A DNA stretch of 64,000 nt from Octopus vulgaris (taxonomy: Eukaryota): assembly GCA_951406725.2 (NCBI GenBank), contig OX597816.1, positions 136,152,001 to 136,216,000 on the forward strand, read 5' to 3'. The notes under the pieces were generated by a model. That model was not told the DNA's origin. It made no database searches and worked only from the letters and a program-made list of their open reading frames with translations. A program made the position numbers and the translations under genes. Each line of letters opens with the position of its first letter. Position 1 is the first letter of the stretch. Shown in pieces: positions 1 through 10,622 of this stretch.

Positions 1-319
1 TGGCACAAGTTTCTTTTGGGTTCCCTCCCCTCCTGTGCGTGAGTGTTTGTCTTGAGTATATAAGAGAATAAAGTGCGTATGAACGTGTGTATATGCGTAT
101 GGGTCTTAGTCAAAAACAAAGAATACTCAGCTATTAATATAGTGAAAGTGTAGAGTACATAATATAGTTTAATGCTAAGAATTGATGACCATTACAATAA
201 ATTGTAACCTCTGATCATTAGTAACCTGTGTGTGTGTGTATATTTTGATTAGATAGGTCTGCAGGAAGGGGCTGTGCCCACAATCTTTGCAAAGCCTCTA
301 AAACTAATGACATTCTTGC

Positions 320-620
320 CATTAATATCCCATTTAAATTGCTGAAAGTTGACAACTGCAGGAAACATGTGCAGGTTGGAAATTCTAGAGGGAAAACAAT
401 GTGAGGAAGAAGGATTTGACATACTGGTTAATACTAGAGGGTTGCACTCTATTTAAGCAATGAAAGAAAGAGGAATGAGTGAGCTGAGAGTACTTGAGTC
501 ACAGTGACACAAGGCCAGCCATCTCTCAGGAGCAAATACCATTGTAGAACTGATTATAAAGGCAGAAAAAGGAGACAGCATGTGTGTTAGCTTGAGACCA
601 AAACACGTCAGTGAATGACT
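320..620 (-). mobile_element. Degenerate CR1/Jockey-group LINE ORF2 C-terminal fragment
   Basis: Minus-strand broken translation gives 'AVSFFCLYNQFYNGICS..MAGLV', 'YVKSFF' and 'FPAVVNFQQFKWDIN', resembling the C-terminus of such LINEs. Confidence 0.45.
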
Positions 621-793
621 TCATGCCATTTCTTCATTTCCCTGAAGAGAAGATTACATTGTTTTACACCATTTTATTCCTTTGGAATAATATCAGTGAT
701 ATCTCCGAAACATGTGTCAGAAGTAAAAGAATTTGAACTACATCTGCGTTAAACTCCATTTATTGATTTATATATACATACATACATACATAC

Positions 794-844
<51 letters not shown>

Positions 845-879
845 CATACATATATATATATGTACATATATATATATAT

Positions 880-1155
880 CATCATTATCATCATCATCAT
901 CATTTAACGTCCGCTTTCCATGCTAGCATGGGTTGGACGACTTGACTGAGGTCTGGCGAACCAGACTCCAATCTGATCTGGCTGCATTTCTACAGCTGGA
1001 TGCCCTTCCTAACGCCAATCACACCAAGAGTGTAGTGGGTGCTTTTACGTGCCACCGGCACGAGGGCCAGTTTGGTGATACTGGCAACGGCCACACCCAA
1101 ATGGTGCTTTTTACGTGCCACCTTTACAGGAGCCAGTCCAGCAGCACTGGCGACT
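880..1155 (-). mobile_element. RTE LINE 3' end fragment with (GAT)n tail
   Basis: Reverse complement of the family tail seen attached to RT-coding sequence at 19490-19654. Confidence 0.85.
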
Positions 1156-1264
1156 ATAAGATGTTGGTCAAGAAGTGTTTAGCAATCATTGGGTATTTCA
1201 ATTCTGAACCATTACATCCCATAATTGGATCTGCAATGGTGGGCAAATCACTTTCCATCTTTTA

Positions 1265-1570
1265 CTCTATAACTTAACAAGATGCTTTTTCTGCAGTTTC
1301 TCTCACCTTGCATACAACTGTTTTTCTCTTTCTCTTGCCCCTTATTCCAATGGCTCTAAGCATTCTTCATACAGTTTAGTCAGGGAATCCTCTACAGTCA
1401 AGCTCAATTGATAATAGCCATAGCTGTCATCCCCTCACACAGCAATCTTGCAAAAGGTTCTGATACTTGGCATTCTTCCATTCAAATGTTTGACAACACT
1501 CTTCTTTGTAAGTGATTGTTAAGCTTGATCAGGATTACCTTTGACTGCTCAGACTACAAAACAATACAAC
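1265..1570 (-). mobile_element. Restriction-like endonuclease (RLE) C-terminus of an R2-superfamily (HERO-like) non-LTR retrotransposon, pseudogenised
   Basis: Minus-strand translation with one frameshift: IVL*SEQSKVILIKL/TITYKEECCQTFEWKNAKYQNLLQDCCVRG*QLWLLSIELDCRGFPD*TV*RMLRAIGIRGKRKR...AEKASC. Confidence 0.75.
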
Positions 1571-1829
1571 TTGCTCTTTACATCAAATCGACGCTGTCTG
1601 AACAAGTGCACAGTATACCATGTGTCAGATGTCAAAGTGGCAAAATGAGTTTTGTCTGTGAATAGTTATTTGTATATGTACTTTGTAAAAGTTTGTTAAG
1701 TCTGGGTTTGTATTTTTGTGTGAAAGTATTCCCTGTGTTTATCCATGCTCCATCTGTGGTATTCCCTTAACATAGGTAGAGTCGGAAGACCTAGAATTTG
1801 GGGGACTTTTATTTTGCACATATATCTAT

Positions 1830-1985
1830 GTATCCACTCAGTGGAATCTGTCTAGTACTGGGATCTCATATTTGTTGCTGGTGAATGGTCAGTCTATTTC
1901 TTAGTGTAAGCTTTGTTTGACCTATGTAATCTTCATTACATCTTTGATATTTGATAGTGTATATTAAATTCCTTGAAGAACATGT
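1830..1985 (-). mobile_element. Penelope-like element GIY-YIG endonuclease fragment
   Basis: ORF 1866..2090 contains TCSSRNLIYTIKYQRCNEDYIGQTKLTLRNRLTIHQQQI; cut off by a (TA)n tract. Confidence 0.75.
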
Positions 1986-1989
1986 ATGC

Positions 1990-2028
<39 letters not shown>

Positions 2029-2464
2029 TATATATAGGGAGAGTTTATGAAAAAACAACAAAAGACGAAGACAGGTGGTGTACAAAACAAACAGGAATAG
2101 AAAAAGTCTTTTACGTTTCGAGCCTATGCTCTTCTACAGAAAGGGACACAGAAAACAAGGAGAGAAAAATATATATATATATCAAATATGCCATGTATCT
2201 TAAAAGGTTCTGTTTATGTGTTATATATAGTTTTTAAAAAAAACAAGAACACTGGATAGTAAGAAAATTAAAAAAAACATGAAGAAAAAATGGAATGAGA
2301 AAAAAGAAACTAAATCAAGAACTAAGATCCTTGTTCTCCCTGATTGCAGAAAGCTCATTAAATACAACTGGTTCAGAACAAAGTAGTAGAAAATATGTCA
2401 AAGTCTGCAAGACAGCAACTCAATCCAGAGCAAGTGGTGCCCACAAATTCAATAAAAAGAGCCT

Positions 2465-3530
2465 GTCCATGCGTCTATACCAGCTAAAAGTTTCAGATCT
2501 TAAATTAAGCTGTGTGTTGGAATTGTTGGATCAAAGAAGAGTATGAGATCTTTCTGCTATGCATAAGTTGCATTTCTTAGATTCATTAACATATTGCTTG
2601 AATTTTTCTACTATTCTCCACTTAATTGTATGTGGTGTGGAGCTGCTCTTCAAATTCCATACATGGTTAGTCATCTTAATTGCATTACTTTTATCAATGT
2701 GTCGGAAAGAAGATAGGTGAGTTCACCCTCACGTATCCCGATGTAATTCTTCTTTTCAATTGATTTGTCTTTGAGTGTAGCTGTTGCTTCAGCCTCATAT
2801 ATGACAGAGTTTATCATATAAGCCTGGTCAAGTGGGCAAACTTCAGGGTCTCAACAGTTAGAACTGGGAGTAGACTCTTTGTGATTTTTGTGAGTTGTAA
2901 TGTTCTTCATATTGGGTTGATAACTGTATATTTTTACTGAGCATCTGATAAAAAATTTTCCTTTATTTATGATTTATTGGAAAATATTTATCTAAAAGAG
3001 ACAGGAATATCTTGCCAGTGTTAGTCTTAACAATAATAGAGAAAGGAGGAGTGAACCAAATTATTTTCCTAGGTCTATTTTTTGGTGTACTTTTACAATT
3101 CATATTTTTATATAAAGAGTTGTATTATATTTTATCTTTGAAGCCGCTGTTAGCTGGGGCATTATTATAGTAGGGAGCTGCCTTATTAAATATTTGTCTA
3201 GAAGAAGATAGATTTGATATCCTATCAGATTTTTAAAGACTGTTTATGAATGTATGAGAGCTTCTCTTTTGGTTTATGATATAGCTTATAAGAGCGGGAG
3301 TTTCAATCTAGTGGAACATCTAAAAAATCAACTTTAGACAGATCAGTAATAACAGTGATTTTGAGGCATAAATGGTTAAAGGTATCAATAAGATTTTTCT
3401 TAAATTTATCGAAGATGTAACCATCATAGCCATGTGATATTCCCAATCTATCATCTCGATATAAACCTACATCACGGGATGGGAACTTGGATCTCAGTGT
3501 ATGTAATATAAAGAAACCCACAAGATCACA
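2465..3530 (-). mobile_element. Degenerate Penelope-like retroelement (RT plus GIY-YIG)
   Basis: RT motif DVGLYRDD...VDFLDV (ORF 3303..3521); then [57 protein letters not shown] and LNLRSE on the minus strand, with stops and frameshifts. Confidence 0.85.
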
Positions 3531-3561
<31 letters not shown>

Positions 3562-3571
<10 letters not shown>

Positions 3572-3801
3572 GAAAAAAGGTGTTCAGAATGCTGGATGGT
3601 TGTAAAAATAAATATTTATTTACATATCACATATTATTTCTTCATATCAGCGCTTTCAACTACTCCTGTAGTTTCATCAGAAATTTCTGATGAAACTACA
3701 GGAATAGTTGAAAGCACTGATATAAAGAAATATGTGATATGTAAATAAATATATATTTTTACAAAGATCCAGCATTCTGGACACCTTTTTCCTTTCATAT
3801 G
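3562..3801. repeat. Imperfect fold-back palindrome (~120-bp arms, no loop, centre 3683/3684) with hammerhead-like motif
   Basis: Centre tcagaaatttctga; arms differ at roughly 9 positions including a 3-nt indel; CTGATGA-AACTA-caggaa-TAGTT-GAAA at 3687-3713. Confidence 0.9.
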
Positions 3802-4104
3802 TATTAAATCTGTACATCACCCCCAATACTTCTAACATATATATGTACATATGTAGATATCTATGGATGTGTGTCTTTGTGTTTGGTTGTTCTGCCAGAT
3901 CAGACTGGAGCCTGGTGCAGCCTTCTGGCTTCCCAGATCCCCGGTCGAACCGTCCAACCCATGCTAGCATGGAAAACGGACGTTAAACGATGATGATGAT
4001 GATATCAGACATTAGACTGCAGCCATGCTGGGGCACCGCCTTTATAAGAATTTTTAGTTAAATGTATCAACCCCAGTACTTATTTTTTTAAAGCTTAGTT
4101 CTTA

Positions 4105-4321
4105 CAGTAATCTCTCACCATATTGCAGTTTACCTATCGTGGTCCACCTATCATGGTCCACCTCAGTTCCTCTGTGTTGTTGTGTTGCAGTTATGATAAA
4201 ATAAATATATACAAATTATAAGACTAATCAAAAAATATACAGTACTGTTTCTACTTCACAGATTTTCACCTATCATGCGGCGTTTTGGAATGTAAAACCC
4301 ATGATAATCGAGGGATTACTG
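4105..4321. mobile_element. Tc1/pogo (Tigger-like) MITE inserted in a SINE
   Basis: TA|CAGTAATCTCTC ... GAGGGATTACTG|TA; removing it rejoins the SINE motif 'aagcttagttctta-ttctattgg'. Confidence 0.75.
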
Positions 4322-4881
4322 TATTCTATTGGTGTACTTTGCCGAACCACTAAGTTATTGGAACATTGGGACTGAACCCAAAGCCATGTGGTTGGGAAGC
4401 AAGCTTCTTACCACACAGCTGTGCTATATTCTCCTTGGGTTTATTGGATCCTGTCAAATTGTCCAATCCATGCCAGCATGGAACATGATAATGGTGATGA
4501 TGAAGATATATATATTTGTGTGCATGTGTGTACATATCCACACACACAGGCACATATGCACACACACAAATATATATATAAGCATTTAGTATTAAAATGG
4601 GTATCAATACAACCTTATCCAAGCTATACATCCACCAGAAAATTTAAACTCACAACTCTGAGCTAATGAAACACTCATCAATTTTACAGTGTTACTACTG
4701 TATACAGCAATTGTTGCTATCCTGGGATAGCTACTTATAACTATGTGGACTTGTCTGTTAACGAATAGAAAATATTGGTTATGGACGCAATGCAGTACTA
4801 GCAACAGGATGCAATCTACACAGATCTCGGTATATTGTCTGCTACATATAAATATACATACATGAATGTAGATGCTTATAA

Positions 4882-4920
<39 letters not shown>

Positions 4921-4921
<1 letters not shown>

Positions 4922-5388
4922 TCCAAGATCAAAAATATCAGAAAGCAGAACCAAAATTGAAGTCGATCAACATCAATGGAAATTGCAGCTGTGATACCAG
5001 TGCCGGTGACAAGTAAGCGAACCATCCGATCGTGGCCGTTGCCAGCGCCGCCCCGACTGACCTCTGTGCCGGTGGCACGTAAAAAGCACCATCCGTTCAT
5101 GGCCGTTGCCAGCCTTGCCTGGCCCCTGTGCCGGTGGCACGTAAAAAGCACCATCCATCCGTGGCCATTTGCCAGCTCTGTCTGGCACCTGTGCGGGTGG
5201 CATGTAAAAAGCACCCACTACACTCACGGAGTGGTTGGCGTTAGAAAGGGCATCCAGCCGTAGAAACACTGCCAGATCAGACTGGGCCTGATGCAGCCTT
5301 CTGGCTTCACAGACCTCAGTTGAACCGTCCAACCCATGCTAGCATGGAAGGCGGACGCTAAATGATGATGATGATGATGATGATGATG
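4921..5388 (+). mobile_element. RTE LINE 3' UTR copy with 3 hairpin units and (GAT)n tail
   Basis: Repeated GTGCCGGTGGCACGTAAAAAGCACC units followed by the family tail and gatgatgat. Confidence 0.85.
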
Positions 5389-5748
5389 ATATATATATAT
5401 CAATGTATCACTGTATCAACCAGACTATCAGATGTTGTTATACACCGCTTGTCACAGTGCACTTCCTTGCATTGTTGTAGCTTTTGAATGATGCCAGCCC
5501 ACTGTTTAGATGGTTAGGCCAACATTCCCCCTGAATGGAAAGCCAGCCCATCACAGGGTTACCCATATGTAGTTGAGTAGACTGGAGCAACATGAAACAA
5601 AGAATATATATAAGTATATATAATTAATTAATAAGGGTGAGAGAATTAGATACTAATTTAATAGTATATTTATTCACCACCAAGTGGCCTAGTGCTTCGA
5701 GAAACCTGGATTATTATAATATTTTATAACATATTATAATATTTTTAC

Positions 5749-6114
5749 AAAATAAATATAAGAGAGTGGTCACTATATTGCTCACTCTAGCACCAGTTAA
5801 TCCAAAAGGTTTCAACCACGAAAATACATGCTTACCATGAAAGTCAGTACGATTGTTAGCTCACACGGACAGGGCAAATAAAAAATAACAAAAATACAGA
5901 TTATTTTGGGACAATTGTTTCGCTATTAATGAATTAATAGCGAAACAATTGTCCCAAAATAATCTGTATTTTTGTTATTTTTTATTTGCCCTGTCCGTGT
6001 GAGCTAACAATCGTACTGACTTTCATGGTAAGCATGTATTTTCGTGGTTGAAACCTTTTGGATTAACTGGTGCTAGAGTGAGCAATATAGTGACCACTCT
6101 CTTATATTTATTTT
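5749..6114. repeat. Perfect palindrome, 182-bp arms, 2-nt loop (5931-5932)
   Basis: Arms read as exact reverse complements; centre tttcgctattaat-ga-attaatagcgaaacaattgtc. Confidence 0.93.
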
Positions 6115-6142
6115 ATATATTATATAAGTATATATATATATA

Positions 6143-6362
6143 TAAGTGGGGTACTGGAAAGTTTCTAGCTTTAAGGGTATTGCAAAAAGGCTGATTGGGG
6201 GCCTAACCTTCTGAGTTCTTTTACAGTGCTTAGAAAAACTGAAGGACAACTGCAATAAGTGTGTGAATCTGAGAGAGGAATATGTCGAATAGAATCATAA
6301 TTAATTGATTCTCCTGTATTTTCTTTTACCCAAAGCGAGGAACTTTTCATGCCCGCCCCACA
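6143..6362 (+). mobile_element. Mariner-derived MITE / deleted mariner
   Basis: Imperfect TIRs (ggggtactggaaagtttctagcttt / aaagcgaggaacttttcatgcccgcccc) within TA tracts; internal KCVNLRxEYVE* resembles a mariner transposase C-terminus. Confidence 0.55.
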
Positions 6363-6528
6363 TATATATATATATATGTCCAACCCATGCTAGCATGGAA
6401 AACGGATGCTAAACGATGATGATGATGATATATATATATATATATATATATATGTAGGTCCCGGGTTGAGTCGGGGTTAACCACAGTAAATAAGGTACTC
6501 AATACATAGCAGAGTAAATTAATTTATT

Positions 6529-6639
6529 TTATAGAAGGAGCTTCTACAGGACTAGAACTGTTTCATTCAAAAGAAATCATCAGGAGCTTCCTGATGATTT
6601 CTTTTGAATGAAACAGTTCTAGTCCTGTAGAAGCTCCTT

Positions 6640-6645
<6 letters not shown>
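6529..6645. repeat. Perfect palindrome, 57-bp arms, 3-nt loop, with CTGATGA...GAAAC motif
   Basis: ttatagaaggagcttc...catcagga-gct-tcctgatg...gaagctccttctataa, followed directly by (TA)n. Confidence 0.9.
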
Positions 6646-6685
<40 letters not shown>

Positions 6686-6958
6686 ACAGAGAGACGTTTT
6701 GTTTTTATTATGTATATTAGTATGCGTCCCTGTGTCTGTGTAATTATTTGTTTCACAGATCCAAATCCAGAGAAAAAAAATGATCAATGTTGTAAAACTT
6801 AGTCAGTCACTAACTGTCGTTAGTGAATGCAAAACTAGAACAATTAAGCAGCATGAGTCAATAAGTTATTCTAACTGTTCCATATTTAGACCATATCTCT
6901 CTGTATTTCCATAACTTTAAAAATTAGGAAGAAATTAATATTGGTTCAGTATTAATAT

Positions 6959-7910
6959 TGGGTAGTATAACATGATGTACTGAGTATTAAAACTCCTTCA
7001 AACTTTGGCACAAAGCCAGCCATTGTAAGGAAGAGGATAGTCAATTGCATTGATCCCAGTGCTGAACTGGTATTTATTTCCCTAACCCTATAAGGAAAAA
7101 AGACAAAAAAATCACCCTTGCCAGTATTTGAACTCAGAATGTAATAAGCCAGAAAAAATGAAGCTAAGCATTTTGTCCATCATGCTAATAATTATACCAG
7201 CTCACTGCCTCACTGAGCAGTATAATCCTTTCTACTATAGGTAAAAGGCCTGAAATTTGGGGGTGGGAACATTGATCCCAGTGCTCAGCTGGTACTTATT
7301 TTATCAACCCTGGAAGGATGAAAGGCAAAGTCAACCTCAGTAGAATTTGAATTCAGAATGTGAAGACAGACAAAATATAGCTAAGCATTTTGCCCAGCAT
7401 GATAATGATTCTGCCAGCTCAGTGCTTTCATCACTGAGCATTATAACATAATGGTTTACAGCGCAATGGTGTAATTTTGGTAGTTAGTAAAATAGGGTGT
7501 ACCTAATATTATAATACAGGGGTATACTATGGAGTGGGAAATATGGTGTTCTCAATATTGTAATTAAGTGAACTTGGACTTAGTTTTGTCAAATAAATGC
7601 CAAGTTTAAATGACAGAGCACTATTTTTATAAATAGTTCAGAAAATGCAAAAGAAAGAAAGAAGAGGAAAAGACAAAAGAAATTGCAATGATATAATCAC
7701 CAGCTGCTGTGCTGTTTGTGAAACTTACTATAGTGCTGAAATAATATTCAGCTGCACTGAGTATTAAAAGGATGTTAGAAAATTTTGTATGTACCAATCT
7801 GCTTCTGTGTGTGTTGACATGTATGTTGATGTGTACTAACACTTTACTAATACACAATCGCAACATAAAATAAGGTTTCTTTCACTGAAAAGTAACTTGT
7901 ATGCTTAGAG
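6959..7910 (+). repeat. Direct duplication copy 1 (952 bp)
   Basis: Matches 10623-11574 (offset 3664); only one substitution seen (aatcg/aattg), mirrored by ORFs 7627..7866 and 11291..11530 differing at one residue. Confidence 0.95.
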
Positions 7911-8108
7911 TAGATTAGTGTAGATTATACTGAGTCATGTCAATTAGCATTTCATGTGATATAATACATAAACACCATACATGTTTATTGGGAATTATTA
8001 ATTTGATAATGTGACACTGCCAATGACACAGTTTTAATAGGTAATTCCTAAGAATACAAAATGCTACCCACAATCTATGATAACGCTTATTGATATAAAC
8101 TCTTTAGA

Positions 8109-8327
8109 AGGCGGTGAGCTGGTAGAATTGTTATCATGCTGGATGAAATACTTACCAGTATTTTGCCGGTTGCTACATTCTGAGTTCAAATTCTGCCGAG
8201 GTCAACTTTGCCTTTCATCCTTTCGGGAGTCGATAATTTAAATACCAGTTGTGTACTGGGATCGATCTGACTGACTGCCCCGCCTCCCCAAAAATTTCAG
8301 GCCTTGTGCTTATAATAGAAAAGGATA
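8109..8327 (+). mobile_element. tRNA-derived SINE, family with central GCCTTTCATCCTTTCGGGGTCGAT domain
   Basis: Head ggcggtgagctggtagaa, B-box-like gagttcaaattc; many copies in the window (e.g. 12865-13330 as an inverted pair, 17260-17620, 31056-31271, 50030-50190, 54197-54403, 59266-59485). Confidence 0.75.
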
Positions 8328-8331
8328 TTAA

Positions 8332-8541
8332 CCCTTTAGCATTCATATTACTCTGTCAAATGTAATGCTTATTTATTCACATTGTTTTGAAATAATCATA
8401 TATTATCTCATAACTTCAAGATTTTGGTGATGTGACTGTATATTTTTAAAATGACATCGTAGGGTAGATGTAAGAGGCTAGATCTAACAAGTTTGTACTT
8501 TAAACATTTGGGCCGATATGGACGGTTTAAATGCTAAAGGG
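8332..8541. mobile_element. piggyBac-type MITE (210 bp)
   Basis: TTAA|CCCTTTAGCATT ... AATGCTAAAGGG|TTAA; related copies near 23390-23600, 23812-24020, 25017-25232, 43151-44144, 44186-44828, 53715-53845. Confidence 0.85.
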
Positions 8542-8861
8542 TTAACATACATTGAATTTCCTTGTTAGAATTTTCTTTTCTTATAGAAGCACGAGCAAAA
8601 CGCCCCCCGTCCAATGGACGGTGCTGAGTTGTCAAACATTTAAACCAAATTTTCTCAAAACAACTTGTCCGACCGTCCTATAGGCCTCCCCTTTGAGACA
8701 CACTGATTTAACCTAAATTTGAGATACCAACAAAACAAAAAATAAAGATAGACTTTTTTTCTATTCCAAGAATCGATTTTTCTAATTTTTTCAAGACTTA
8801 TACATGCCCTGATACCGTTGACATCTACATATCAAATTTGAGTGCAGAACGGATTTTATAT

Positions 8862-8862
<1 letters not shown>

Positions 8863-8900
<38 letters not shown>

Positions 8901-9713
8901 TTAGCGTCCGTTCTCCATGCTAGCATGGGTTGGACGGTTCAACTGGGGTCTGTGAAGCTGGAAGGCTTCATCAGGCCCAGTCAGACCTGGCAGTGTTTCT
9001 ACGGCTGGATGCCCTTCCTAACGCCAACCACTCCGTGAGTGTAGTGGGTGCTTTTTACGTGCCAACCGCACAGGTGCCAGACAGGGCTGGCAAACGGCCA
9101 CGAACGGATGGTGCTTTTACGTGTCACCGGCACAGGGGCCAGGCGAGGCTGGCAGCGGCCATGATCGGATGGTGCTTTCATGTGCCACCAACACGGGGGC
9201 CAGACAGAGCTGGCAAACGGCCACGAAACGGATGGTGCTTTTACTTGTCACCGGCACGGGGGCCAGGCGAGGCTGGCAACGGACACGAACGGATGGTGCT
9301 TTTACATGCCACCGACACGGGGGCCAGACAGGGTTGGCAAACGGCCACGAACGGATGGTGCTTTTACGTGTCACCGGCACGGAGGCCAGGCGAGGCTGGC
9401 AATGAACACGAACGGATGGTGCTTTTACGTGTCACCGGCACGAGGGCCAGGCGAGGCTGGCAAACGGCCACGAACGGATGGTGCTTTTACGTGTCACCTG
9501 CACGGGGGCCCTGATGTTGATCGACCTCAATTTGGTTCTGCTTTCTGATATATGTATTGATTTGGTTTGATTTTGATTTTGACTGTTCTCACTGGTCTTG
9601 CCAGGTTTTCTCATGCACAGCATACTTCCAAAGGTCTCAGTCTCTGGTCATTTCCTTGGTGAGACCTAAAGTTCGAAGGTCGTGCTTCACCACTTCGACC
9701 CAGGTTTTCCTGG
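8863..9713 (-). mobile_element. RTE LINE 3' fragment with 7-unit hairpin array
   Basis: (CAT)n tail at 8863-8900; units spaced 61-63 bp; ORF2 end PGKTWVEVVKHDLRTLGLTKEMTRD*DLWKYAV on the minus strand near 9600-9713. Confidence 0.9.
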
Positions 9714-9993
9714 GACCAGAGACTGAGACCTTTGGAAGTATGCTGTGCATGAGAAAACCCGGCAAGACCAGTGAGAACAGTCAAAATCAAAATCAAACCA
9801 AATCAATACATATATCAGAAAGCAGAACCAAATTGAGGTCGATCAACATCAGGGCCCCCGTGCAGGTGACACGTAAAAGCACCATCCGTTCGTGGCCGTT
9901 TGCCAGCCTCGCCTGGCCCCCGTGCCGGTGACACGTAAAAGCACCATCCGTTCATGGCCGTTTGCCAGCTCTGTCTGGCCCCCGTGCCGGTGA
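9714..9993 (+). mobile_element. Inverted duplicate of the adjacent RTE fragment
   Basis: 9714-9953 is the reverse complement of 9410-9649 with about 2 mismatches and a 64-bp spacer. Confidence 0.9.
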
Positions 9994-10622
9994 TGGGAAA
10001 TATTATAGTCTTCCTTAGAATTTAAAAGAAATAACTGGGTTCTGTTGAAGAAATATGACTTCTGTTAATTTGAATTACAATATTTTAAAACACCTAAATT
10101 TAAGAACAGACAGAAACATGTAGTTAATGGTGGTCTGAGAAAAAGAAATGGTTATAATTAGCAAGAGTTTCAATATGGTTGCAACACCAATGGTGTTTTC
10201 TGAGCTGTGAAACTGGGTGTGTACTGAATGATATAATAAGGTCAATAGGTGTACTGGGGCTAAGAAACATGGTGCCCTGAATACTATTACAATGGCACTC
10301 TGGGAGTTGAGAAACTGTATGTGTTCAGAGCATTTATATAATACAGTGGAATACTGCAAGTAGTATAACAATGCATGTTCTGACCATTATGATGTTATGG
10401 TGCATTGTAAGTGGTGAAACAGTGGTGTGATGAGCATTATAATACAGTGGAGGTTGTGATATACAAAACAGAGTGTCTAAACCTTATAAAATAGTGATGA
10501 ATTGCGGATAGTAAAACAATGAAGAACTGAACATTATGATAGTAGTGTACTGATAGTAACAGAAGTGAAGTGATGAACATTATTATACAGGGAGTATTGA
10601 ATATTATAATATGGTTGTCATG

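Noticed and set aside
733-945. YI/HT-rich ORFs (also 1986, 15257-15771 and others)
   Set aside because: Translations of (TA)n, (CA)n and (CAT)n microsatellites.
8930-9548. Long overlapping repetitive ORFs (also 43488-44072, 4876-5332)
   Set aside because: Produced by stop-poor GC-rich tandem units read in rotating frames; no domain or splice support.
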